In this document: positions 11,050 through 22,808 of the stretch, piece after piece
How positions within the stretch are numbered: the first letter of the stretch is position 1
Layout of the letters: the number at the start of each line of letters is the position of its first letter
Source of the DNA: Lama glama
Lineage: Eukaryota
Reading direction: 5' to 3'
DNA: 64,000 nt
Assembly (NCBI GenBank): GCA_028534125.1
Contig: CM052816.1
Span: 4,404,001 to 4,468,000 of the forward strand
Position numbers and translations under genes: made by a program
The notes under the pieces: generated by a model
The model's database searches: none
What the model saw: the letters and a program-made list of their open reading frames with translations, nothing else
Told to the model about the DNA's origin: nothing

Positions 11050-13350
11050 CTTAAGAATGTTACTTTGGAGGGGAGGGTATAGCTTAAGTGGTAAAGTGTA
11101 TGCTTAGCATGCACAAGGTCTTGGGTTCAATTTCCAGTACCTCCTCAATCAATCAATTAATCAATCAATCATCTCCCACCAAAAAAAAAAAAAAAATGTT
11201 GCTTTAAACTATTTATCAAGTAACATGGAATCCTGCCTCCACTGAGTAGAGTCCAAAGCAGGAAAGGGCTCTGTAACAGGTCTATGATATGGTGCAAACA
11301 TCCCTGACAGGTGGGCCACGTGCCTAGTTTGGGTTTCAAAGATATTCAGGTGGGAAAAGATACTGTATCGAGTTATGTTATGATAAATCTCAGGGAAGGA
11401 TCACATCATCAACAGTAGGGTCATAGACGGAGGCCATATCATTTGCAGCAGAGAACTATACACTATTAGAAAAACTTCTCCTGGCATGTACCTGAACTCT
11501 GGCAGAGACAGAGCATCTAATCATGGGACATCAAGTGACCGTGGGGACAGAACTGCTCATCATGAGCTGGGTTCTTTCAGACCCAGCAAGTCATAAGCTT
11601 AGGAAGGTCCTAAAACAACCCTCCATAAGATGGAGGCAGTACCCATGGGATCAAGCATGGGCAGGGTCAGAGGGGACAAACAGGAAACCCAAGCTGGTAA
11701 CCCAGATTTGCATGAAATTCACGTGTTGTGCTGGCGCTTCTCTCTCTGCTCACGTGTAAGGCCACACTGCAGGGAGGTCCCTTGTGACCAGCCAACAGAG
11801 GAGAAAGGGCCAAGCTGTGCTCATGGGCTGGATAGTTTGATACGGGGGTACAAACAGAAGACAGACTGCAGCTGCAGGACCACCTCATTCAGGAATATCC
11901 CAGGGCGGCAGTGTGGTGAGAGGAAACCCCCTCAATGAGCAGAGTTTTAGGTGATGCACAGAGTCATCCACTTTGTGTGAAAAGAAAGTAGCCTGGAAAC
12001 AGAAGGACTGGGACATCAGGAACTGGAGGTGTGAGGGAGAGATGTCTGAATGAACTGTGGGAGGAGGAACCAACAATAAAGATCTTTGAATCACGCGCTA
12101 ATAACCACCAGAGAACACCAATAACCAAAAGGTACTATCAACCAAACAGACCTGACGACTTGTCGAGTTGACACCAGCCAACCTCAGTGACTGGATACCG
12201 CAGGGCTGGCACAATGTGACCGCAAATAGAATAGCCATGGTGGCCGGGTATGAGCCCACGATTAAGGGCAGCCACTCAGGAAGGTAGATCTAGGTACTTC
12301 CAATGCCAAATGTACACCCCAAAGAAGCCACACTGAGCCCCCAACCCAGCCACCATTCAAGGAGATCAGACAACTATTTGGTAAGTTGACTATATTGGAT
12401 TCCTTTCACCCTAGAAGGAGCAGCAATTCATTGTGATGCAAATTTAAAGATAATCCTGGTATGGATTTGCCTTCCCTTCCCACAGAGCCTCAATCAGCCC
12501 CACTACATGAGAACTCAGGGTGTTTGGTCCATCAGCAGGGGAATCCCATGTAACACTGCATTGGACCAAGGAAGAAAGGCAGTAGGCAAATGACCATGGT
12601 CCTTTCACAGACCTTACACTTAGAAGTTGATGGCCTGATAGAATGATGAAGTGGCCTTTGGAAAGCATGCCTGAGGGGCCAGCTTGGAGGTGATGCACTG
12701 TGAATATGGGAAGCACACCCTAAACCAGTGATCACTCTACAGCACTCCGTCCACTATAGATAGCATACGTGGGTCCAGGAATGAAGAAATGTAATGAGAA
12801 TGGCCCTGTTCACTGTCACTCCCAGAGACAAACTTGGGAAATCTGCCCTTACCATTTTCAAACCTCTACGCTCTGCAGATCTAGGAGTCCTAAGAGTGCA
12901 ATGCTTCTGTCAGGATGCACAGCAAATGTCCTATTAGATTTTAAGTTATAACTGCTTCCCTGCCACTTCAGGATTCTTGTACCAACGAAACAACAGGCAA
13001 GAAAGTGTCACCTCTCTGGAAGTGATCGTCAGCATTTGACACCCAGGTGATATGCCTGAGCATCTCTTGGTACTCCCTTGCAACTGCAGAAGTACGGCTG
13101 CCACAGCCTGAAAATGGTGAGCAGAGGCTCAAATGAACCAAGGAGCACCTGAGTCATCTCACTGGGTAAACACCTGAGGACAAAAGGTACTACCTGCAAG
13201 TGAAGGGAGGGAGAGAAAAATAAGTATCAGTTACGACTTTGAGTAAGATACAGGACAAGAGGGTATAGTCCACTCTGCTCATCTTGTTCTTATACATTAC
13301 TCCAGGAAAATTAACAAAGAATTCTACAAGAACTGGAGCTAGATGTGATA
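11050..13350 (+). mobile_element. ERVL (HERV16/ERV3-16A3-like) pol 3' half: connection/RNaseH, integrase, dUTPase remnant
   Basis: ORF 11523-11759 'MGHQVTVGTELLIMSWVLSDPASHKL..Q.SIRWRQY.WDQAWAGSEG' is typical ERVL pol; 'VDYIG' integrase motif at ~12385; dUTPase-like 'VLLDFKL.LLPCHFRILVP..QQARK' at ~12925-13005. Confidence 0.85.
11067..11194 (+). mobile_element. Camelid tRNA-derived SINE (Vic-1-like)
   Basis: G-rich start, A box 'tagcttaagtgg', B box 'ggttcaatttcc', poly-A tail; TSD aatgttacttt (11056-11066) / aatgttgcttt (11195-11205). Confidence 0.9.
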
Positions 13351-13397
13351 CACTGACTTTCTGAAGCAAGCAAATCTGCATAGTGCATGCAATTAAC

Positions 13398-13665
13398 TGT
13401 AGTGGATGCTTTGCTGTACCACCCAGATTCACTCTCTAATATCAAGTCACCTGTTCCATCAGCATCCAGGAATGTTGCCTGCAGATGGCTCAGAGCTGTG
13501 TCCATTTCTACGAACTGCTCTCAACTCAAGTGTATTTCCCTCTCCGTGGGGACAGCCTGATAGATGCAGGATCACAGGGTCAGATACCCTTACCCCAGTC
13601 TGGAACATCTCTGAAAGGTCAGCCCAGCTGTATGATCTCTTTGCAACCACAGAGCAGATCTCTTT
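13398..13665 (+). mobile_element. LTR16A-like LTR (probable 3' LTR of the plus-strand ERVL), 3'-truncated
   Basis: Starts 'tgtagtggatgctttgctgtaccacccagattc'; contains 'ggaatgttgcctgcagatggctcagagctg' and 'ggaacatctctgaaaggtcagcccagct'. Confidence 0.75.
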
Positions 13666-13669
13666 CTAA

Positions 13670-14781
13670 TGTAAGTTATACTCAATCATACAAAAGAATT
13701 TTAATATAAAAAGTAAAAATATAAAGAATATATACATTAAGGAAATAATAAAAGAAACCTAAGATACTTATACTAATAATAGGCAAATTAGACTTTGGAC
13801 AAAAAGCATTGATAAAGATAAAGTAGGATCACGAAAAATAAACAGTTCAAATCACCAGAAAGATAAGCAGTTTTAAATTGAAATGAACCTGATTAGTAAT
13901 TTCAAAATGTATAAAGTAAAAATGATCAGAATTACAAAAGATTTTATAAATCTACCATGATAGTGAGGGACATTCTCACCAATTGATAGATCAAGCATAC
14001 CAAAAAAAATTAAGTTAAACAACATAATTAACAAGCAATTCTGAATAAATTAAAAGGATTTCTCTGATCAAAATAGTTAAGTCAGAATTTTAAATATTAC
14101 AAAACACAGAAAAATATAAAATCCCCATACATTTAAAAATTCAAAAGGAACTAATGGCACATATGATATAACAGAAATTAGAAAACTTTAAAAAAAATGT
14201 CAATTGAAATATTACCCATCAAAACTTAGGGAATACAGTGAGAGCAATATTTATCAGAAAATATACAACTATCCTTAAATACACATTATAGAAATAAAGG
14301 CTAAAAGTAAATGAACTAAGCAACTAGTTAATTAAGAAACCATCACTAAGTTGAGATATCCCTAAGAATTCAAGGTTAACTTAACATTAGAACTTCGATT
14401 AATGTAGCTGATTACATTAAGTGATTAAAAGAGAAAAGGCATGTGTTCCATCTTAATAGATACTGGAAAAAAGATTAGATCAAATTCAACATTCACTCAT
14501 GTTAAACACCCTTAGCATACAGAAATAGAGGGAACCTTCTTAACTTGATAACACATATCAAAAAACAAGCAAAAAAATCTCCCCACAAAGATTTAAGATA
14601 ATGATAAAATCTTAAAGTCCATTTAAGATCACATCTTGGCTTTCACCATTTCCATTCAATACAGTTCTAGAAGTCTTACCCCAAATACTAAGTTAATTTA
14701 AAAAAATCCTAAAAGGTATACAAAATTATGAAAATAGAAAAGGAAAAAAACAAAACAATTGTTACCTGAAGACAACATTAC
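13670..14781 (+). mobile_element. Ancient L1 (L1M-type) ORF2 fragment, heavily decayed
   Basis: A-rich; recognisable L1 ORF2 words such as 'aaattagactttggacaaaaagcatt', 'aaattcaacattcactcatg' and 'ttcaatacagttctagaagtctta'. Confidence 0.75.
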
Positions 14782-15267
14782 TGTTAACATTTAACCAAGC
14801 AGGACCCTGTGGGCCCTTCCTGGGTCAGACCTCTTTCCCATGTCCTCTGGGTAGCTCCTCTCGGAAGCATCCAGATAATAATAGTTATCTCATACGTTAT
14901 TTCCTGAGTTTTTCAGAGGCTAAAAACCACCACCAGAGGGAAGAAATTAACTACTTGATCGAGAGCGAGTGGCCCCTAGACCTCCTGGCGCCTAGGGGTT
15001 GATAGTATTGACCACCCCGTTCCCTCAGCATCAACCAATCAAAGAATTGTTCATGAGCTGCTCATGTACCCTGCAACCCCCACCCTTTACCCGGCCTTTA
15101 AATATGCTTTGCTGAAGCCCTTCGGGGAGTTTGGGGTTTTCTGTGACATAAGACACCTCGCCCTCCTTGCTCAGCCCTGCAATAAACCTTTCTCTGCTCC
15201 AAACTTACATGTTTCAGTTTGTTTGGCCTCATGGTTGGGCAGGCACACAAATTTGCCTTTGGTAATA
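14782..15267 (+). mobile_element. ERV1-class solo LTR (family not identified)
   Basis: TG start and TA (decayed CA) end, ~486 bp; CCAAT 'aaccaatca' at ~15033, TATA-like 'tttaaata' at ~15097, AATAAA at 15181. Confidence 0.75.
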
Positions 15268-16139
15268 TACAGAGACACCTGGATTCCATTTTGATAATTC
15301 AACTAAAGATGTGGTCACATTGCTGTGTCGATGGTTAGTGAACGCCTCTATGCTCTTATCCATCCTGAAGGCAAGTCCTGCCAGGGTAGGAGCCCAAAAC
15401 TGTAACTTTTATTACAATGAAATCTAATTCCATCTTTCGTTGTCCATCTTCTCTGCATGGAGCTGTGAGTGGGGGCCAAGGTGGGGCCAAGAACACCCAG
15501 GCTTCTGTAGGTGGGATAGAACTTGGCATATTTGAGTTCGGGAATTTGTTTTTTCCCTCTTTGGTGCCTGCGGGGCTCTGCTTCTCAGTCTTTGCAGAGC
15601 AGAATGCAGGGCAAAGTGATTCCTTTGGAACAGCTATGATTTTAGGATTATATAGAAGCCACAGAGGTCATAGGAAAATAAAACTGTGCTAAAATGATGT
15701 CAAGGTTCTGATTTAACCCCACTAAACCCAGAGACTTCCTAGTGCTTAAACTACTTTATGTGTAAATAACTAGCCATTTAACTTGGTGTAAATTCTCCTG
15801 CAGAGAAACACTGCCATTTTTGCAGGTATCTGTGATTTATCATGATTTTTCTCCCAGGAGTAAAAGCAGACGATAAGCAACATAAGAACACAAACTGAAA
15901 GAAGGAAAAATACATAATTTAGGGGGTTTTTTTTAATCCTTGTATCATTTAGTCAATTTTAAATCAGTCTTTTAGTAAGCACTGCTACAGAACTCCAGAT
16001 CTTAAAAGATGAATGGATATGTAAGCAGTCCAACTTGCAACATTCAATCCACCCTCTCCTGCGTACAGATGAGGAAACTGATCACAATGCAGATAACTTA
16101 AATGAGCAAAATGGACCAGTGAATTTCGCAGTAAACCAG

Positions 16140-16390
16140 AGAGCATCTGCCTCTGTCAAAGGAAGCAGTAGCTACCTGGCTACTGCTGTTCGTTGCAATA
16201 AGGAATTGTGGACCCACAGAAGCCACATTTGACATTTCCATGAGAAGCCAGAAACCCAGATTTTTTGATGAAATCCTGTGGTTTTAAAAAATTGGCTCAA
16301 ATTTTTTCCCCCACAAATACTGCACAGGTTATAACAAAGACATCTGTCATCTATTTGTCAGACTTGGTGTGTAAACTGCTGTTATGGCTT
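16140..16390. mobile_element. hAT-Charlie MITE (MER102-like) fragment
   Basis: 'gagaagccagaaacccagattttttgatgaaatcc...ttttaaaaaattggc...actgcacagg..aacaaagacatctg'. Confidence 0.55.
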
Positions 16391-16449
16391 TGGGACAAAA
16401 TGATTATCCCAGGACTAGGGATGGGACTAGATAAAGAATGCTGTCTTGC

Positions 16450-17405
16450 TAACAAATACATAAAATGGTCAACAGGTACATGAAAAGGTACTCGACATCA
16501 ATGATCATCAGAGAAATGCAAATCAAAACCACAGTGAGATGTCACCTTACACCTATTAGGATGGCTCGGATCAGAAAGACAAGAAATAACCAGTGCTGTC
16601 GAGAACAAGGAGCCCTCACACACTGTTGGTGGGAATGTAAATGGTACAGCTACTATGGCAAACAGTATTGGAGGTTACTGAAAAAGAATTAAAGAGTAGA
16701 ACTACTGTATAATCCAGTAATTCCACCCCTGGGTATTTATCCAAAGAAAACCAAATCACTATCTCAAAAAATATCTCCACCCCCATGTTCAGTGACATCA
16801 TTTTCAACAGCCAAGACATGGAAACAACCTAAACCTGGGTGGATGAATAGATGAAGAAAATGTAATCTATATATAATATTCCACACACCCCAGAATATTA
16901 TTCAACCATAAAAAAGAAGGAAATCCTGCCATTTACAACAATATGAATGAAACCTGAAGGCAGTATGCTAAGAGAAATAAATCAGACATAGAAAGACAAA
17001 TACTGTATGATCTCACTTATATGGGGAATCTACAAAATAAACCAAACTCTACTGATACAGAGAACAGACTGGTAGCTGCCTGAGGCAGGGGGTGAGTGGG
17101 GTGGGCAAAATGGGTGGTGGTCCAAGGTACAAACTTCCAGTTATAAGATAAATAAGTCCTAGGGATGGACCGTCCAGTACAGTGGTTATGGTTAATAACA
17201 CTTATATTATACGTTTGAAATTTGCTGAGAGAGTAGATCTGAAAAGTTTTCATCACAAGAGAAAAACATTTGTAATTCTGTGGTGATAAATGTTAATTAA
17301 ATTAATGTCATGATCATTTTACAATATATACATACATTGAATCATTATGTTGTACACCTAAAATTAATGCAATGTTAATATGTCAATTATATCTCAATTT
17401 TTAAA
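16450..17405 (+). mobile_element. L1 (L1MA9-like) 3' end
   Basis: ORF 16465-16692 'NRYMKRYSTSMIIREMQIKTTVRCHLTPIRMA' is the L1 ORF2 C-terminus; the 3'UTR runs to 'tatgtcaattatatctcaattttt'. Confidence 0.92.
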
Positions 17406-18246
17406 ATTTGTACTTCCCATATTCCAGGCTAGGGCTCTGTTCAACCCAGACTGCCTCTCTGGAACATATCAGATCTTAAACGCACCATTGTTTTCTTTAT
17501 TATATTTCCTAAGTGAGATATGCCTTTCTTAACCATACATGTTAAAATGGAAAATCTATAGCTAGGAAGGAAAGGGAAAATAGTTGAGGAAAAGAAAGGG
17601 AGTAATACTGCAGTGAATTATAATTAGCAAAGAAATGTCTGACTTAATTTTCCATGTATTTAGAAATATACAGCATATATTTCCAGAGAATGTTTTGTAT
17701 TTACAGCATGTCTGTCTTGTTACACGGCTGCAGTGCAATTGTTTTCCTGCTGAGAATTATGGCAGTGAAGTTACTCTGGGTCCTATTACAGCTAATTATA
17801 GTCTTGCTCTGGAATTTAAGAGCTCCCCTGCAAAGCTCCCTCCTCTCCAGTTATACTCAATGGACCTGAAAGCATTCTGATTCTACATGTGATTTTCATT
17901 CTCAGGCTCCTGCTAGAAATATGACACTTGGATGTTTCAAGGTATAAATTACCAGAAATGAGCCCAAGCTGATTGGAATAATTCTAGCTTTCAATTATAT
18001 GAAAATGGAACACCACTGTGTAATAGGAAAAATTCATATATATTTAGATTTAAAAAAAAAGCAAAACCCTAGATTCAGAGAACTTGTATAGATTCAGATT
18101 GGCCCTGGTGTAAGCTCTACAAGGAAGGTTGGGGGGTGTGACCTGGGTACTCAGCTTCTTGGGACTCCTCAGAGTTTAAACAGAAGTGTGTCAAGTCTGC
18201 CACAACAAAGGTAAATATCTCTCTCTCTACGTGATAAACTTTCTTT

Positions 18247-18420
18247 GGGCTCGGAGTCAAAAGACTGGGGCTCATTCCTTCCAGCAATATCACTTACTAC
18301 CCAGGTATGTCAAAAAATCATTCCACTTATTTAAGCTTCCTTTTTCCTGTCTGTAAAATGGAAAAACTAATGCCTGCCCTGCATTCATTCCAAAGTTGCT
18401 ATAAGGATCAAATTAGATAG
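18247..18420 (+). mobile_element. MIR SINE
   Basis: 'ggagtcaaaagactggg...ttttcctgtctgtaaaatgg...aggatcaaattagata'. Confidence 0.7.
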
Positions 18421-18549
18421 GAGGTCTAATTAGATTAAGGCAACATGCCTCTTTTGGCTCCTACTACCATGGGAACTGGCAGGCTACATAGCATTTTGAA
18501 GAGTAAGGAAGGGATGGGGAATAAACCACCACCAGCCTTGCAAAGCCCT

Positions 18550-18645
18550 CAAAATGACGACAACAGTCCCTACCCCTGGAGTTGTCACGAGGCTTAAATG
18601 AGATGATGCACAGAAAGTGCTGGGCTCAGCACCTGCTTCATAGAA
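18550..18645 (+). mobile_element. MIR 3' fragment
   Basis: 'gagttgtcacgaggcttaaatgagatgatgcacagaaagtgct'. Confidence 0.65.
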
Positions 18646-19029
18646 AGACTTTAATGACCTTTCTTGCCTGCATTCGTATTTCACTGAGTCATTTTTTATT
18701 GTATCACCAGAGGGTTGTTTGCATATACAGGACAGTGACTAAAATCAGCCCTGCTATTTTTATGCTTGTGAGCATTGATTTTTACCAAATACAGAAAGAT
18801 TTTTGTTTAAAAAAAAATTAAGCAAAAAAAAAGTTTCCTGGGTTGAGAAACAAAGCAATGAAATGAAACACAGAACTTTTGATCTTGAAAGTGTCTGTGT
18901 TAGTGTCTTCCCCAAAGCGTATCAGAAGATGAATGCAGGGGATACAGAAGTTGGAAAAAATTTACCTCGAAAAATCCTTTGTGGCAGGGAGGGATATTTC
19001 TCTCCTCATTTTTCTAATCCATGACTTTT

Positions 19030-20030
19030 ATAAAATGTATTTTTAAAATTTTTTATCAAAGTAGTATTCGATGTGGTTTAGAAAGTGAAGAATAATACTA
19101 CAAGGCTTACATGTAAAAAGAGCTGTCGCCTGCTCTCCCCCTTCTCTCCTCCAATTCCAGCTCCTTACAAGTAGCCACTTGCAAATCTCTTAGATGTTTC
19201 TTCCATTATTTACCTTCCATATTTCTAAAGAACAGCCTAATCCCAGAACTGTGAGAAATACATTCTGCTGTTTATAAGCCACTGGTCTATGGTACTTTGT
19301 TATAGCAGCCAAACTGAGTAAGATGCAGAGCTTAGATTCATCCATCACCTCTGAGAAATGTATTCTTCACTTTAACACATGAGATGAGATAGTTTTTAAT
19401 TTTAGTTCCATGAGTAAAACTATTCAAATAGTACAGATAAAGCAGAACCTTAATCTGTTACGTTCATCTTAACCCTCCAATCCTTCCCCCCACGACCTAT
19501 GGGTAACATTTGTATGGAGTGTAATTTTCCAAACCATGTTAAGGTGTGTGTTTCTGACCCTCCATGTATTTATATGTATCTCTTGACTGACAGATAGATA
19601 AATATATAGCTAGACATTATTGCTTCCCTGATTTTTAAAAACACCAATTATATCTACTGTAAGTATTTTTCTCTTTTCATAACACAATAAGCTTTGGAAA
19701 TCTTGATATGACACTTCATGCAGATTTACCTGATTTTAAAATTCCTTGCATAGTATTCTTCCACTTATATTTATTATAACAGATTAGTTAAGCAGACTCC
19801 TATGGAACATTTGGGTTGCTTTGCTTTTGCTATAATAAATAATGTTGCAGTGTCTACACTTGTACATGTCTCTTTGTATTCACATGTGATTCTTTGTGTG
19901 TACATGCCAGTATTTTTCTATGACAGACAGCAAGAAGTGAAATTTCTGGGCTTAAGAACTTGTGCATTCAGCATTCTAAGGTACTTTTAAATTGCCTCCC
20001 AAAAAAGTATGCACCAATTTACATTAGATA
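19030..20030 (-). mobile_element. Ancient L1ME-type 3' fragments with a short MLT1 3' piece (~19240-19326, +)
   Basis: 'ggaacatttgggttgctttgcttttgctataataaataatgttgcagtg'; MLT1 piece 'ccagaactgtgagaaatacattctgctgtttataagccac'. Confidence 0.65.
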
Positions 20031-20379
20031 GCGCTACTTTACCTTCATTTTCAAAATGATCACAGCTTTATTGATTATCTTGATTCTAATACAGTAACTG
20101 ATGCTTAACAAGACATTTAGCACATGATAGATATTAAATACATATTGGTAGAATGTATGAACAAATGAATGAGTGAACAAATATCCAAGAGTGTTAAATA
20201 CCATTCTGGAGAGAGAAACTGTATTATTTCTGTTAGCTGAGCTGATATGAAGGCCACCAGCAATATCACTGGATTCACAGGCCAAGTCTTTTGTTTCTAC
20301 TGCCTGTCATGGAATAAGACCAAATAGTATTATGCAGAGAGAGCAAAATGTAATACATCAAAAAAAATTTTATAGTCAG

Positions 20380-20545
20380 AACCGGGACCTTCCAGGACCT
20401 AATGAGATGATCTCAGGCAGGTCACATGTCTATCCTGCTTGTCAATTTCACCATTTGTAACGGGGATAATAAACTCCAAGGTCAAGTGAAAGAAAGTATG
20501 CAAAAGCCTGTGAAAACTATAGCATGTTATACAAATGTTAGTTTT
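20380..20545 (+). mobile_element. MIR-family SINE
   Basis: 'tcaggcaggtcacat...tcaatttcaccatttgtaacggggataataa...tatacaaatgttagt'. Confidence 0.55.
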
Positions 20546-21392
20546 CAGTTCCTCCTAATGTACCGTATTTATGAGCAGAGAGCTGAGATCTGAAATGCTT
20601 GTTCAGCTTGGCTGGAACCGAATCAGTGCTTTCACCCTCCCTGCCCCTCCTCCTCTTTGCTCACCACCTTCACCTGCTCTAGTCCCTAAATGGCTGCCCC
20701 GTAACACAGCGCGCCATGCACTTCCAACACGAAACGTCAATGAGTTTTGCAGATTAAAACATTAAAAATGTATGAGGAACTACTGTCATCCAAAGAAGCT
20801 AATAATACTCATGGTTTTTTTTTTAACAAGCGAGGCTGTTCATTTCAATGGCACCGTGTATTACTATAATCAGTAAAAATGATTCTAATGTCTCCTACTG
20901 GTACACACCACAGGACATGGGTGTTTTAACATCTACCTCAACTTCTACGTGCTCAAGTACAACTGTTTATTCTACCAACGTATTGCTCTGGTTTTTAAAA
21001 AGATATGGAACATACAGCACCAGCTATAAGCCCGTTTTCTATATAGAAGTTGCATGGTTATATAATTTTCCTTAAATGCCAGCTAATGTTCGGTAGGAAA
21101 GGGAGACATTTGCTCTAGGAAATCTTCAGATGGTTTAACCTTCATTTTGGTTTTCTTTTTTTTTTCCTTTCCTTCTGCCTAGTGTCTGCCCACCCAGCCA
21201 ACCTGTCAGCCCCCTGCCAGGCTAAAGCACATCTGTTACCAGATGCTCACTGCGACCCAGAGCAGACCAAACACAGTGCTGCTTTGGCTATAGGTTTAGC
21301 CCCAAGAGGTAATCACCAATTCCACATTGTTAAGGACCTTCAACAATGATAATCACTGACATTTTTCATAGCATTTTACATGAGTTTTTTAT

Positions 21393-21890
21393 CGTGGTTA
21401 AGAGCACAGATTTTGGAATCAGACTGTGTGGGTTCAAAGTATGATTTTTACATGGACAAGATATCCAACTGCTCTGGGCCTCAGTGTCTTCACCTGTAAA
21501 ATGGGGCTATCACTCTACTTACCCTATGGAGTTTTTTTTAATTCTTAATTTTTCAGTTTACAATGTTAGTTTCAGGTGGACAGCAAAGCAATTCAGTTAT
21601 ATATATATGTATATTTTCAGATTATTTTTTCATTACAGCTCATTATAAAAAATTGAATATAGTTTTTCTTTTAATGGAGGTACTGGGGATTGAACTCAGG
21701 ACTTCATGCATACTAAGCATGTGCTCTACTGCTGAGCTAAACCCATCCCACCCCACTACAGAGTTTTAAGAAGCTCTAAATGAGACAATCTGGGTCACCG
21801 ACTGAGCATGGTTGGGCACAGAGGTGGGATCGATTCACATTAGCTGTGGCTACTACTACAGCCCTGTGAAACCAGCTCTGTAAGGAGAAA
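21393..21890 (+). mobile_element. MIR SINE interrupted by a SINE/L1 composite insertion
   Basis: 'gtggttaagagcacagattttggaatcagac...ctctgggcctcagtgtcttcacctgtaaaatgggg' resumes as 'taaatgagacaat' at ~21778. Confidence 0.75.
21536..21755 (-). mobile_element. Composite insertion: Vic-1-like SINE head (21662-21755) fused to an L1 3' terminus (21536-21663)
   Basis: Minus strand reads tRNA-like head 'tagctcagcagtagagcacatgcttagtatgcatgaagtcctgagttcaatccccagtacctcc', then L1 tail 'actatattcaa...aactgaattgctttgctgtccacctgaaactaacattgtaaac'. One flanking TSD. Confidence 0.8.
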
Positions 21891-22384
21891 GGGAATTTCC
21901 TCCAATTTTCAGGAAAGAAAACAGACTCTGAACAGCTACATGACCCACGCAGGGTCTCGCTGCCAGCAGCTGGTGAAAACCAGACTCTAGCTAGATCTGC
22001 TCTGGCTAGCTGTGTGTTCTTCCTACTCAAAGGGGCCGCTTCGTTAGGAAAGAACAAAAGTCAAAACTGATAAAATAAGGAGGAGAGGGAAACAATGGAG
22101 AGATCAGGTTGGAGCTGGGCTACCATCCTGCTCAGTCACCTTTTCGCCACCCAGTTACTCAACCGGGTCTCTAACCTAATCATTCACTCGACAAATGCAC
22201 TAGAAATGTGGTGACAGACAGGACAACTCAAACTCTTGCACTTACAGGGCGCACGCCCTGAGGAGGGGCCCAGCAATGAAGAAATCAGCAAACGCGGAAA
22301 ATTCAGTGATCTGTGGGGAATATCAAACAGTGCCATGTGACCTTGAATTAGGCCTTAACGCCAGGAAAGAGAGACGGCGTTGAA

Positions 22385-22575
22385 TCAGGTGAGAGCATGG
22401 CCTCTGGAGCCAGACAGTCTACGGCTTCAAAGCCTGGCTTTATCACTTGCCACCTGTGTGACCTTGGGGAATTGATTAACCTCTCTGTGCCTCAGTTTCC
22501 TCAGATGATCATGGGGATTAAATGAGTTAATATATGTAAAGGGTTAAGGACAATGACAAGGCAAGTGCTGTGTAA
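22385..22575 (+). mobile_element. MIR SINE (flanked by L2 fragments)
   Basis: 'ctctggagccagac...tgtgtgaccttgggg...ttaacctctctgtgcctcagtttcctca...ggattaaatgagttaatatatgtaaag'. Confidence 0.85.
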
Positions 22576-22808
22576 GTGACTACAAAAGAAGAGGAGTCAA
22601 AAACGGGAAGATCCAGAGGAAGAGTCTTCCAGGGAGAAGGAACAGCAAGTGCAAAGGCTGGAAGGAAAGCTCTTGGAGAAAGAGAGGGAAGGACCAGCAT
22701 TTTAAAGAGCAATGAGCAGCAGGACGGTAGCCGTAGAAGTAGGAATCTGCTGAGGAGTGTGAAACAACTCACCCACGGAATCAACTAGCCCTGAAAATGG
22801 GTGGTGCT

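Noticed and set aside
11067..11140. tRNA-like sequences here and at 21670-21750 and 34347-34420
   Set aside because: These are SINE heads with A-rich tails and TSDs, not functional tRNA genes.
17087..17120. G-quadruplex-like G-runs (also ~47381-47402)
   Set aside because: Standard G-rich tract of L1 3'UTRs, not locus-specific.
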